Shown here in pieces: positions 51,449 through 64,000 of a stretch of DNA of 64,000 nt. The stretch is taken from contig NC_134025.1 in NCBI RefSeq assembly GCF_964204645.1, positions 7,564,001 to 7,628,000 on the forward strand. Reading direction: 5' to 3'. The notes under the pieces were generated by a model. That model searched no databases and was not told the DNA's origin. It worked only from the letters and a program-made list of their open reading frames with translations. The stretch's first letter is position 1. Every line of letters starts with the position of its first letter. A program made the translations under genes and the position numbers. Source of the DNA: Tubulanus polymorphus (lineage: Eukaryota; Animalia; Nemertea).

Positions 51449-54400
51449 GGGGCATTTGATTTTGCAAAGTGACTGGGATTCTGTATTACGGTCTGTAATA
51501 TGAATCGATCTTTGGCAACATTGAAAGAGGAACCTCAATATTTTCAATTCTATCTCGGACTGACTTTGGAGGCCTACATCAGAAGTACTGATTACTGATG
51601 CACAACAAAATTCCTACCACAAGAAAATCAATAATTTTCAATACAAATCAAAATGTCAAGATACAATACTTGTATTTTCAATTTTGGATTGTCATCCTGA
51701 ATTATCCCTGCATATTTATTCAGATTTGTTTGATGATAATTTTGGATCCCATTTACCGCTTCTCGTGATGGATTTGATTTTATCTAGCTAATTTGGATGG
51801 GTTTATGTGAAAAAATATTAGATCATGAAACTACCCCACAAGCAGGTTACTGACAATGATTTACTAGGTTAGAGTAGTGGATGAAATTTAAACTCCATGA
51901 TTAAGTTGGAGTAATGAAATGCCTTTAGAATGCCTTTACGGATGCCCATGGCCATGAAGTCAGAGAACGTAGTTATTTATGGCATGTAGGCCTGAGGTCA
52001 GGTTCAACTTACATTTGTTGTTTCTATCTTTCAGAGAAAACAATGGAGCTGTGTGGATTACTTTCAAAAAGCCAGGTCAGAAGTGAATAATGTGCCAAAA
52101 ACATTCATAGAAATAATGACTGACTTGTCTTATCAAATTTCAGATTCCAAGAGCGTGTATGGTGACTTGAAATCACATGGTATTTCAACCAATAATCAAC
52201 CATATGTAACTGCCAGTGACAATTTTCAAGTTGTAGACCTTGGCTCGGTGAGTGAAGTGTAAAAGAAAGCATTTTCGAAATCCAGTGTTTTGTCATTAAA
52301 ATACTTTCCAAACTTCATGAATTTGAATGAGATTATTTCTTTGACCTTTCAGAAATCCATCACACTAAAATATGATAGTGAGGCAGAAAGTTGTCAATGT
52401 AAATTCCAAGGACCAGTTGTTACATTTTCCTCATTGCATGCGAAGAACAAAGCAGTAAGTATTACTTCTCATGTTATAGTTTTTTTCTTGTTAAGATCAT
52501 ACTTTTATTGAGGTTGAATGGTTTTGGAAAGGACAAAATTCTAAGCCTTTGCAAAAAACATCTAATTTGTAGGTACAGTGCTTAGATGTAACTAGTGGTG
52601 GATTGGCAGTTTCTTGTGACACTGAAGGCAAACTACTTGTTTGGGAGACTAGCTCTGGAGAAATAAGGGTACTTCAAAATCTTTTGTTGATGACCTCGGA
52701 TTTCCGAGATTCATGATACCAGTGTAAAGTGCCTGTAATGAACAACTTGTCTTCTGTAGAGAAAACTTGAAGGTCATATAGCGGATGTTTACACCTGTCG
52801 TTTCTTTCCATCTGGAATCGTTATACTCAGTGGTGGAGCAGATATGATGCTTAAGATATGGTGCGCACAAACTGGAAAGTGTGCAGCGACTTTATCAGGT
52901 CACAAGCAAGGTACCAGAGATTCATATACACATATTGCTATTCAATGTAGATTAAAAAAACCTACGATAAACATAAAATATGTGATCTACATAATTTGAT
53001 ATGTTTGAAACCTAAGACGCCTTGATTAAAGATCCTGACTTCTCCATCCAACTAGACAAAAATCTGTACAACTTATCAGTTTTGCTTTTGTTCATTGGTG
53101 TAATGAATCATAGGAATTCTAGTTAATCCAAATTATAAACCGGTTATGCTGTGAATGTAGATTAGTTTCTGTATGTGTTTCATCTATTAACTGTAGCAAT
53201 AACAGATACTGCTATCATTGAAAAGGGAAGAAATGTAATCTCATGTTCGAAAGATGGTACTGCCAAACTTTGGGATTGTGGAACACAGAGTTGCATTACG
53301 ACATTTGAATGTTCATCTGGAGTGATTACTTCAAGTGCTTTGAAAGCACCAAATTCTGTTGTGGATCTTGGAACGTTGAGTCATCAGCCAAGTATGTAGG
53401 ATAAAGACTTTATTTCTTACACCTAGAGTATATCACAGAAATGTTTGTTAGTGTCATGTTACATGTAACCCTACCAATTCTCATTTCTCATTGAATTTAC
53501 ATGTCACCTTACTGTTTGTCATTTCTCATTGAAATTTCCTTAGTGATTGGGTTTCTTCCAAATCTCAAAGTTGGTCATTGTTTAAATGTCAGGACACGAA
53601 AATGATCCGCTCTTAGGTAAATGTGGAAATGTCACATATTTATTTTTGTCAAAATTTCAGATGACAGGGAAATGTTAACAGAAGGAAAGTTACTTCTCAT
53701 TACCACAGAAAATGGATCCTTGCAAGGCTATGGCGTCCAAACACGCTCCAAGGTAAAAATCTTAGATTTCAAAACCAATATAACTAGTTTTTGATGGTTG
53801 TAATATGATGTGCTTGAGTGATCAGTCAACTTGTCTAACTTAGACAAACTAGGACCGACAAAACTTGTCCTAGGTAAGCAAAGTCCGTGTAGGAAATTAC
53901 ATAAGGGAGTCGGAAAAATGATTCAGTTTTTGTCCGATTTATTAAAAAGTTCAAGTTGGCCATGTTCGGGTAAGGCGAGGTATAATGTATAATATCATGG
54001 AAGTAGCCCTGTGAAATGTTGCTAGTGAGTATAAATTGTTGATTGTTTCAAGCTCTTATTCATTAATAGAAAATGGTGATTACCAGTATTTATTGTATTT
54101 AGGTATTCGATGTAAGAATAGATGATGCCTTGAACTGTTGCACATTTGTTCGAGATTACGACATGATCGCTGGAACTCAAGATGGAAGAATAGTTGCCTA
54201 TGATATTCGAAACATGAGGTATTGCTAACTCCATTCACTGTGATGTATACTGGTACATAAAAAAACTACCATGAGAAGGAGTCAGTTTTATATTTTGCAA
54301 ATACCATTCTCGCCATTTGAACACATGAATTGTACCACATCTTCGAACCCCTATCTAAATATATGCTAAAATTGATATATTCAGTATCACTGCCAATCAA

Positions 54401-55084
54401 CAGTGGCGGATCCAGATCGTCAGTTCCATATTTTCATCAAAGACTGTCTAGAAAACGGAGTGCCCTGATCATTGTCTAAACACCTGAAATGTTTGTTGAT
54501 TAGTATCAAGATACCTGTTAAGTTTATCTTGGGAAAGACCCTAAATAGTTTTGAAATCGCCTCCACAGCTTACGTGGCATATGTGGCCGTCTGGAGTTGT
54601 ATTATTTTTATGAAGTGCCCCTCAAAACCAAAAAGGCTGCCTAGACTTGGGGCTGGATCCGCCCCTGATAAAAAAGCTAGACTAATTTATCAGTTTTAGC
54701 TCTTGAAAAAATTTCCACATGTGAATTATAATGAATGGAGTTTACCTATGTTTCAGTCATCAGCTATGTTCCGTACTGTTGGGTAGAGGGCCTGTGCTTT
54801 CATCTCTTAATACAAGTCAAGGATTATTCATCACATCAGGTAAATCAATTCGGGTACAGGAATATTACGTCGTTCCGAATACTGTATGCAAAATAAATGT
54901 ACCTTTTCCATTGTGCTTTGTAGGAGATGGGTCTGTGACGTGTTTGGATAGTCAATATAACTCCGTTTTGGATTTAACCGGCTCCGATTGTGAACCGATT
55001 TACAAGCTTGTTTTTAGCGGTACACATTATTACACAGCCTGTCGTGATGGTTGCATCAGAAAGTATGCAATGCAAAATTCTTGA
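51441..55084 (+). CDS. PAAF1: Proteasomal ATPase-associated factor 1 (WD40), multi-exon
   Basis: MAAGHLILQSDWDSVLR|ENNGAVWI; GHIADVYTCRFFPSGIVILSGGADMMLKIWCA; GRNVISCSKDGTAKLWDCG; LDLTGSDCEPIY...YTACRDGCIRKY. Confidence 0.93.
53823..53987. mobile_element. Degenerate Tc1/pogo-type MITE resembling 371-536
   Basis: Begins CAGTCAACTTGTCTAACTTAGAC and ends TTCGGGTAAGGCGAGGTATAATG|TA; similar size and layout to the element at 371. Confidence 0.35.
54401..54667. mobile_element. hAT-like MITE, 5-bp TSD family (ATCAA/ATAAA)
   Basis: CAGTGGCGGATCCAG ... CTGGATCCGCCCCTG, TSD matching at 4 of 5 positions, internal AGTGCCC (reverse of GGGCACT). Confidence 0.8.
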
Positions 55085-56529
55085 CGCTAATCAAGCTTTC
55101 GTTTAGTTTGACTTCTATCGTATTGTCAAATAAACTATAGAAACACTTTCTTTATAATTCGAATTTACAATTGTTGTTTATTTGCATTCGTTGTTTGCGT
55201 TCTTTTGTTTTCTATGTATTCACACTGAATGTATTATCAACCACTCAATAAACGTCTTTAAACGACATTAAACTGAAATTATCAAAAAGTTCAAATAAAT
55301 TCACGATAAACGGATTACAAGACATTGCGCGTCTCGATTTCACTCAACCACGTCGCTTCCACATGCATGGTTGTTAGCACGTGCGCGGATAGCTAAACTG
55401 ATCAAACTCGTTCTTTCTGCGTTCGATTTGTCTAAATAGACTTCGACGTGACATCGCGAATCCTACTAGAAATATTTACACGCTTTTCTTTGTTTTGACA
55501 AACCACGCGCAGTTTGGCCGACTGTAGCTGCTTGCGGAAGGCAACAAAGTTACCGAGGTTGGTAACATTCAGAAGCGTCCTGGGGACATGGGTTAGAAAA
55601 TATCTTTGGAATTAATCATGACATAATAATGAGAAATTAGATGAAATGATTTATCTCCGAGATATTATGTCAGAATTAATTCCAATTTGATTTGATCAAC
55701 GGAAATTCAGACTACCTATATACGGTCCTGATGACATTTCCATTAAATAACACGTTATTATTATGTCAGAATTAACTCTGAAATTGTACATTTCAATAGA
55801 GTTACTTCGTTCAAAATGCGTTGGCGCTACGCGGAACTGCTTACTCTCATCACGGAAACACGGCCAAATTATACATAATAACTGGGCGTTGGTTTTATGA
55901 TGTATATCTGCCTCGCAAATTCTCGCCAAATAATTCGTTTTGCACCTCGCAAAATCCGAAAGTTTGCAATTTCCGAAACGATGCGTATCGAATTAACAAT
56001 CTCTGTCTTGTCGAAGGGCCGCATTTGCTTTACTTGAGTTGGTACAGCAACTAAAGATATTTACCAGCGAGACTTTTGATTGATCGCGAGTGCTCGGCAA
56101 AGCTCAAGAAAAAAAGAATAAAATTGATAAATTTGATAATTTTGAATAAACGTTAAAGTGTAATGAACTATGTATATTCGTATTTACACTCTGGCAAAAC
56201 AAGAAACCAGCCAATATCCTAGAGATATTATATAGCCAAGTCTATAAAATAGAAAAATGGCATTACTTTCTACAATATTCACAATTTTACCACAAGGTTT
56301 ATAGACATGTTATGAGTTTCACAATATATACGTGTATTACATTTTACAATTTGCGAATATTCTTTTATATATGCGTTTACTACTTACACGGAACGTTTGC
56401 TTAACATATTGATTGATTAATCGAGTATTGAGAGTGTATGATTGTATACTTTTTTAGTTGCAGGAAGTGTTAGGACAACAATTCTCCTAAGCTCCAAGTC
56501 GAAGTTCGTCCAGCGAATGTATACTTGAA

Positions 56530-56630
<101 letters not shown>

Positions 56631-56692
56631 CCACATATAATCCATATATTTAATCCACTTTTCCCGTTTTCATTTACCCAGAAGCATATTTT

Positions 56693-58243
56693 CTATTTAC
56701 GTAAAAAGTTTATAGGTACGGCACAATTACAGGATATGTTTATTTCAATCCATTGAGGAGTGAATGAATTTGCATAATCATCATAAGCTCGAGCTTCAAC
56801 CAGAGTCCAGCCTTTTTTCTGCATGCACCGCGAACCCGCTTCTGTAACAAAAAAGCAAGAAGAATCAGTAATGTAATATATGCTTAAGTATATTAGCATA
56901 TACTGGAAATATGGAAAGACAAATATAATCCTCAGTTCTACTTACTGGAACTACAAGGCTTTTGTCCCTGGCGACAAGTCGATGTCCATGTTCTTGTCTT
57001 TGGACGAACGATAACTCGTTCCTGATTAACGTTTATCCCTTCAGTGATAATTTCGAAGTTTTCGATACTTTTACAAACATCGTCGTAAATTACATCCTGA
57101 TATTGTCCGCCCTGATTTTCAATCGCCTCCGACGAGCGGTGTTGACCGACCGATTCCTTCGATTCTGTTGGAAATTGATTTGTTTCAGTCGTTTCGTGAT
57201 CATTTGATAATGTTCGTAGTGAGTGTTCCGTATTAGGATTAATTAATGTTTGTCCATTATCCGCCCCATTGTATCGATTTACACGCGTTTGTTTTTTGAT
57301 CGCATCCTGTGTGAAGTCAAATGATTCTGGACCTTCCATTTGCCGTATTGCAGATTTCTACATAATGCATGCAACAAAATCGTTTTATAGTGACCGCGCT
57401 TTATCTATGAGTAGCGTAACACACAATATAACACATAAATATTCTTACCAATCTATTCACCATCATATTGAGATGTGTCCATATGGCCTTGCGCTGAGGC
57501 ATCTTCTTCAGTTCAATTATCCCTGTGTTGTTATGCGTCACATCATGTGATATCTCTTTTGCTTTAGACGATCGTTTGAAAGCTCGACTCTAATTCGTAA
57601 AATTCGATTCGTAAAATATTAGCTTACAGGCCGCCAATCGAAAATATATTTTAACGTTTCAAATTCGACAAACAATTAGCTTCCATATGGTTATAGTTTG
57701 TAAACACTTACCTGACGAATTTCTGAAATTGTTCCGGCCTGTATGTAGAAACCTGAAATATACATTCTTCATATTTCACCACGATTCCAATTTCAAAACA
57801 ACCGCCTACCAACGTACGTATCCAAATTCACGTGTAAAAATGTCAGAAAGCAACCTCATGTTTTATCAATATGGTATAAGCTTATATACATGATGAAATT
57901 TGGCAGAAAGAGATTTTAGAGAAGAGATATTCAACTGCATAATTCATCATATTTCAATAGCCCAGCCGGGAGCACCGTTTAAAATAGGTTTCCATTACAA
58001 ATGGATGCCTTATAGGATAGACAATAAAAGATGAAACAGATTCTAAATGCATGTACATCCATGTTCGTTTGGCGCTGTGGGGTTTAGTTATTTCAGTTTC
58101 AATGATCCGAACACCTACGCATTCATTTACTTATTCCTTTTGACCCCAGAGAATAAAAAAATCTTACCATCAACGGAAAGTGTCAATACAGCCATTAGAA
58201 CAACAGTAGACGTCCACAGGGATCGTTTCATATCCATGATCAT
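56693..58243 (-). CDS. Secreted neurotrophin/NGF-like cystine-knot precursor (5 coding exons)
   Basis: Signal peptide MIMDMKRSLWTSTVVLMAVLTLSVDG|FYIQA; pro-region; C-terminal domain VCKS..EGINVNQERVIV..TSTC..PC..SRCMQ..VEA..WIEINISCNC with six Cys in NGF-like order. Exon phases join consistently. Confidence 0.75.
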
Positions 58244-59214
58244 TCTAACCTGTAAAAAAAAGATTATTTGGAGTGCATTAAACCTTCGTTGTCCTGGGCT
58301 CAGTTTCACAAAAAAACGATTAAATCTTAAATCGATTTAAATCCTTAATGCACGATGCACGATGTTCCTTATCAGCCTCCATAGTACAAAAAGCAAATTG
58401 AGAAAATATATCCTAGAATCAACTTATGCGCTCACGGAAGAGTGAGTAATTCAACTAACCGGATATAAGTTAAAGAAGCCATGAAGCTGGGTATTTGTCG
58501 ACCTTATACAAAGAAACTAATTATTTTGGGGATTTTTCATCGAAAATTTCAATAGATTTGTTTGGCAACCCCAGGCCTCAATTCCGCAGCTTCGATTATG
58601 CAAACTGTTTCTAAAACCTGAATTAAGGAACTCACTACGAATTGGAATGATACAACCACGTCGAATATCTCGTTTCTGCGAGAAATAAAATTGCTCCACA
58701 TTTTTACACCCATCGTTCTACAATGGGGGTGGCGCATTGAATAACTCACTACAGATTTGGAGAATATCCAAAAATGGAGTAACACAAATTTGATTCTTAA
58801 GGGCATCGGCAAATATGTCGGCTATCTTTGATCTACGTACATACTTTCTACTCCCTATAGCATCAATCGCCTTTTATTTTTTCGAATCAATGAAGTCATT
58901 AAAACATACTTTTCAAAGATTAAAGTGGTTAGTCAGTAATTTTCCAATTGACTTGTCTTAGAATAATTAGTCCGCATTCATGCATTCAAAGGATGCATAT
59001 CATTCTTTTTATATGTTTTTGACGCAAAGACAAAAAACGCATAAAGCCAAGAAGACCTACCGCTAGACACAATCGGCAGCATCGTATCCTGAAACACCTA
59101 TAGGAGTATGTTCATCGTTGAATAATAAAGCAGCCTTTTAGCACTTCACTGGTGGACGTCATCGTCGAAGCAGCGACACATTGACGAAAGATTGACAAGG
59201 TTAGCTCGTCCAGA

Positions 59215-59221
59215 TTTTATA
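59215..59221 (-). promoter_or_regulatory. TATA box of the neurotrophin-like gene
   Basis: TATAAAA on the minus strand, followed about 160 nt downstream by a donor (CG|GTAGGT, ~59058) that could splice to the acceptor just before the ATG exon. Confidence 0.45.
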
Positions 59222-60701
59222 CCGACTATCTGAAAAACACCCACGCTCTGAAAATTTCTCGACCAATATCCGTCGCGAGAAAGTCGGTTAGAATACAGAA
59301 CTGATCTATATATCTAACTGGCAACTCTGTGACTTGCTTTTGAATATTGTATGATAAAATGATCCGTTGTTAATCCTGTGTTTTTACAGATTAAGCGTAA
59401 AAATGAGGTTATATTCAGACAGCTTTCCTAGAAATCACGTAAAAATGATTGCAGACGCAGTTCTCTTTACTTCTACGATTTCAAATCAGTCATTAGATCA
59501 TGTTTGTTTTGCATAAATTTTTCCTAAAATAGAAAATGCAACGTTTGCTAGAAAAACATAGATAATCAGCTTCTTCAGTTGTTATTTGGAATATATGTGT
59601 TTTTCTTCGTTTCCATTCGATACGAAAACCCCGCGATATTATGTTTACTTTCATAAACTGGGTTATTTTGCGGTTTGACAATCGTTTTCCTTAAACTCAT
59701 CTTAGACGACTAGCTGATTTGAAAACGAACATCAATGATAGGATTATGGATACCAAGGTTATTTCTTCAAAATGTCACCGAGACCAAAGCCCAAGTCTAT
59801 TTGTTCTGCATACGTGTCATCATTTGTTGCAATATCAGTATTGAAGATGACGTCATGAGGATTATGGTCAAACCATCGAAAATAAATCATTAACTACAAC
59901 CAATTCGGAATCGGTTGGTCGTTCTGAGCTTGTAATTTTCGAGATTTATTCTGAGTTAACTAAGTCGGAATAAACTGGTTTTCTTACAAATAAGTTTCCG
60001 TGACGCGTTCGTACGTATTGTAAAAATAAGGGGCTGTCCATATAAGACGGCACAAAATTGCAGAATTTCGACCCCCTCCCCCATGTCCACAGAATACCCA
60101 CTCCTAGCCCCTCCTATTGTCCATCGGACAAAAGCAATTAAAGACATTGGACATGGTCATGTCAAATAATGTTTTTTTCTTTCACTTAATCATTTATTAT
60201 ACACCTTCGACTACAGTTCGTTATACCATACATTATCTTGAAGACATATATATTACAACTATTTCCCCCTTATTCGTGTAACCGTCGATCTGTGAAGGTA
60301 AACCCGGTTCTCCGCCATCTGTAACCGGCTGGTTGTTGTATCGGCAGGCTGGCTGGGGAACTAGCATTTACACCAGCGGTACAGGATTCCATCCATCAGG
60401 AACAACAAGGCAGTTAAACCTTATACGTACAATCTTTATTGCATCCCGGAATGAGAATGATTATCATAGCTTTACATAGTCTTTATATACAGAATCATGA
60501 GTATAATGTGAGAACTAGGTGTCAGACAAGTTGTAGACATCAGGACTCGCAAACAAACAACTAGTGACATGTTTGAGAGACATAAATTAATTATCGATGA
60601 GCACTGACTACAGCTAATTATTGTGAAAACATATTGAGTAATGTCATATGTTGATTACGACCTTAAAGCACATATTGACACTATAGTCATAAGTTATATT
60701 G

Positions 60702-60757
60702 TATTATTATTATTATTATTATTATGATTATGATTATTATTATTATTATCATTATTA
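60702..60757. repeat. (ATT)n microsatellite
   Basis: tattattattattattattattatgattatgattattattattattatcattatt. Confidence 0.9.
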
Positions 60758-63547
60758 ATATGTAGTAGAGCTATGAAATGTTATGAACTGTTCGATATGA
60801 CATTGTAGATCTATATGATTACGAAATATGCAAATTATATCAGGGTGACATTCGAAGTTGAAGTAATCAATGTAATCAAAAATACATAAAGATGTATTTT
60901 TGATGTAATGCACTTAATGATTTGTTCTGGCTTACAGGAAAATGAGGATGTTCACATCCAAACGACCCCATCCCCCTTGTCCACAAAAGTACAAAGTTCA
61001 CAAACCCCCTCCCCCTTGACTTTGACGGGAGAAAAAAGTTAATTTCTTTTTTGTATCCGTCATCCAATTTATCTAAAAAGCAAAAAAGCTAAAAAGCATC
61101 CCATTCGCGCCAGCGGGTTAATATGCTGGAAATCATGGTTGATTTGTACCCAGACAGCGGTCACAAGAATGTTCTCTGGGTAGGACTCGTCTGTGGATGG
61201 GAATGTGGGAGAAACAAACAACACGCACTATGTTTACAATTTCTAAAATGCTCCAACAAAATTAATGAGCAACAAATTGAAACAATGACATGTCTTAAAC
61301 CCTCATGGTTTCCACGGTTCAATGTATAGAGTACTGATTCGGGATGTTGACAAAACAACAGTAGAAACTTCTCGAGTTACTTCCCGAACCTAATGGCTCG
61401 GAATGAATGCAGAATTTCTTTCAGGCTTCGTCCCAGAACACGTGAAAGAGATACTGTCGACACCATTAGTCACGTGCTGTGATTAATGAAGAACATTCAC
61501 CTGCTGACTCTAACGCCAAATGTGATCTTCACAAATAAACTTCATTATGAGAACAAATCGATGAGGTAAAACCAGACGACTAGAGGGTAATTCATTTCGT
61601 TGTCTTCATTAATCTCCATTAGGTAAAGGTTATGGGCCATAGACTTCAAATTCCGAGTTCCTATTATTCACATTACGATTGAGACCTAAATATAGTGTAA
61701 CGACCTGCTTCGCTCAATTACAGTTCATATTTACTGTTTTCTTCTCCGTGTGAAATATGAAATCTAACTCCACGAATCTCGCTGCTAATTTCGAATTCGC
61801 TCGCTTTGCAGAACGTATTCATTAGTGAAAATCTTTAAGTATAAGCATTCACGATTATGAACTTTTGTATTCGAAAGCGCGTTTTTCTAATAACGTAAAA
61901 AGAAAAGAAATAAGCTGAACAGTTCGGCACACGGAACGGTTCGGGTTACACATCGCAAATGTCATTGTCATCTTGTGATAATGATCTACATAGTATTTAC
62001 GATATTTCGAGGACGCTGGAATGGGAGTGTTTTCCGTGTTTGAAGCTCAAATTCCACCAAAATAAGCCTTTCTCTATAACGAATTCAGAAAGGCTCGTTC
62101 GTTTGCGTCAATGCTTGTACCACCATTGTTTGATCGTTCACGGCGCCTTAATCAACTAAAAGGCAATCAGATATAAAAATAACATTATTACCCAGAACAA
62201 CGCAAAAATATGGACTTTATTTTGACGAATTGACCCGACCAGGACGAGTGAATTATGAATTATGAACGACTCCATTGTTCGTTTCGTTCACTGGAATGGG
62301 TCGTCATGGGGTTCCCACTGTTGTTCTTGTTTAATAAGCTATGGTTTCATATGAATTGCTTATAAGCTGTAATTCTAGCTAAACAGACAAGAACTAGTAT
62401 TCTTTCGACACTGAATTACTTAATGGTCTTACTTACATGATTTGCGAACGATTATCATGATTCACGCTGATAGTGATTATACCGTTTACGATGTAAGTTG
62501 ATGTAATCAATTTTCACTGACTGAAGTAAGGTGATCTGAAAAAGTTTTACTTTCTTTTTAAATGATTAACTAACGGTAAAAAGTAACACGATATACAAAA
62601 TACAGTGTATCGACTTTCTCTTAGAATATATTTTGTGACTTTCTGCATTAATTAAAAAGGTCTTAGAAATAAACCTGTGGATACGTATGTATGGTTATGT
62701 TGGTATTTAACTATTCTCCTAGTATCAAATTCCTGTTTGATGTATTAGGTTGGGTGAATTCTAAAAACCGCAGTGGGTTTCGCCTGAAAATTGAAGAGGC
62801 CATAATTGTACATGAATTGTTAACTCTCCAAAAACTGGATAGAGATTCGATGTTTTTTAATCTAATCAATGATATCGCTCGCCAAAACAGAATAATTCAA
62901 GTTCAGTGTCTTCTTATTCAGCCCGAGGTATTTCCATCCAAATTTAAGATACTTATAGTAATCTTGAATTGTTCCTGCTTCGGCGTGCTTTATAAAGTAC
63001 GATATGTTTTTCAATTGGTTTTATATAACCTGTTCATTAGCCATTTATAACCCTCGTGTGTCAAATACGCGCACGGAACTTTTGTTTGATAATTTGTATA
63101 TTATGCCGATTTGGGCCGCTTCACAGTTTGAAACCCGATTACAAAACCGTAATAAATCCACAGATGATTAACACGTTTCTAAATGATCCTTTCATTCAGA
63201 AAAATTCAGACGCCTGCACATTCACGCATGCATTGTTATTTACATTTAAAAGCTGTACCAAGGAAAACCCGATCAAGAATAACTGCCGTAAAGATCCATT
63301 TGCAAATGCCTTCATATAATATATATAAATCCTTAGAATTTTTGTTTGTTTTTGACAAATTGATTGTGTCATTTATGAATTTTAAAGCCTGTCACGACGC
63401 TTAGTTTTCAAGTGAATTCTTTTTCTCAATAATGAACTAATCGTCCTTTTTCATGACGTATTGTACAGTATTTATTTGTTTTTCAGTTCAGTGTATATAT
63501 GTTACACGATAGACATCGACCGGGAAGGAAAGTTTTCAATAATCAAA

Positions 63548-64000
63548 ATGCCTATCTCTCACGGTAAAGTGAACTGGTGGACAAATCCCCGAAAACAACA
63601 ATCTTCTTCACGGATACGCGTTTCTACCAATATTGAAGAACGTTATCTTGAAAATGATCGTATGGATGATGCGTTAGACACTTGTTTGGATACATTTGAA
63701 AAGGAAAAGTTGCGAGTGAAAGCCGACCGGGAATTCATGATCAAACAGGCGAAAGATGATGCACAGCGTGTCTTCGACATGAGAAGAGTTGTTGAACGAT
63801 TACAGGCTGAGCAAAGAGAGAGAAAATTTCAGGAAGATCATGCGAAACGGAAAGCCAGTGGATGGCGGATTGCTCGTATCCATATGGAGCAAATGGCTCG
63901 CGCCAAAACGGCGAAGTCACTGAGCGCTCTAACCGCATCGAATAGCACTGCTTACACCCCTGACGAATGCGTCCGACTCCCATCGAGGAGATCAAAGTCG
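63548..64000 (+). CDS. Uncharacterised coiled-coil-like protein, 5' part (runs off the window)
   Basis: aaaATG, then 151 open codons MPISHGKVNWWTNPRKQQ...FEKEKLRVKADREFMIKQAKDDAQRVFDMRRVVERLQAEQRERK... to the window end; upstream acceptor tttcag at ~63486. Missing from the ORF track because no stop codon falls within the window. Confidence 0.7.
   Translation, partial: MPISHGKVNWWTNPRKQQSSSRIRVSTNIEERYLENDRMDDALDTCLDTFEKEKLRVKADREFMIKQAKDDAQRVFDMRRVVERLQAEQRERKFQEDHAKRKASGWRIARIHMEQMARAKTAKSLSALTASNSTAYTPDECVRLPSRRSKS

Noticed and set aside
60027-61040. Harbinger-like MITE remnants (GGGCTGTCCATA..., ACCCCCTCCCCC) and a SINE-like stretch at ~60285-60480
   Set aside because: No matching second terminus, TSD or Pol III boxes could be fixed; too degraded to call.
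63741-63995. 84-aa minus-strand ORF
   Set aside because: It is the antisense shadow of the plus-strand ORF starting at 63548.

Overview
This window is eukaryotic (animal, probably an invertebrate) genomic DNA. It is AT-rich and gene-dense, with many short GT-AG introns, so most ORF-track entries are exon fragments or noise. Genes in order: an LRR protein (-), an intronless iodothyronine-deiodinase-like gene lacking Sec and carrying a frameshift (+), mitochondrial IleRS IARS2 with a tandemly duplicated first coding exon (-), GPR137 family (+), CCDC170 (-), a COX7A2L/SCAF1-like long COX7A (+) tail-to-tail with a short COX7A absent from the ORF track (-), PDCD2 (+), AQR (-), TTLL5 (-), PAAF1 (+), a secreted neurotrophin-like cystine-knot gene (-), and the start of an unknown coiled-coil ORF (+). 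Several MITEs (one family with 5-bp TSDs), a tRNA-derived SINE remnant and microsatellites are also present. Top leads: (1) a structured H/ACA-like RNA candidate between TTLL5 and PAAF1 with U5-snRNA-complementary elements and a telomerase-CR4/5-like junction but no telomeric template; (2) the long/short COX7A pair; (3) the Sec-to-Ala deiodinase. All identifications come from manual translation and recalled motifs; no searches were run.
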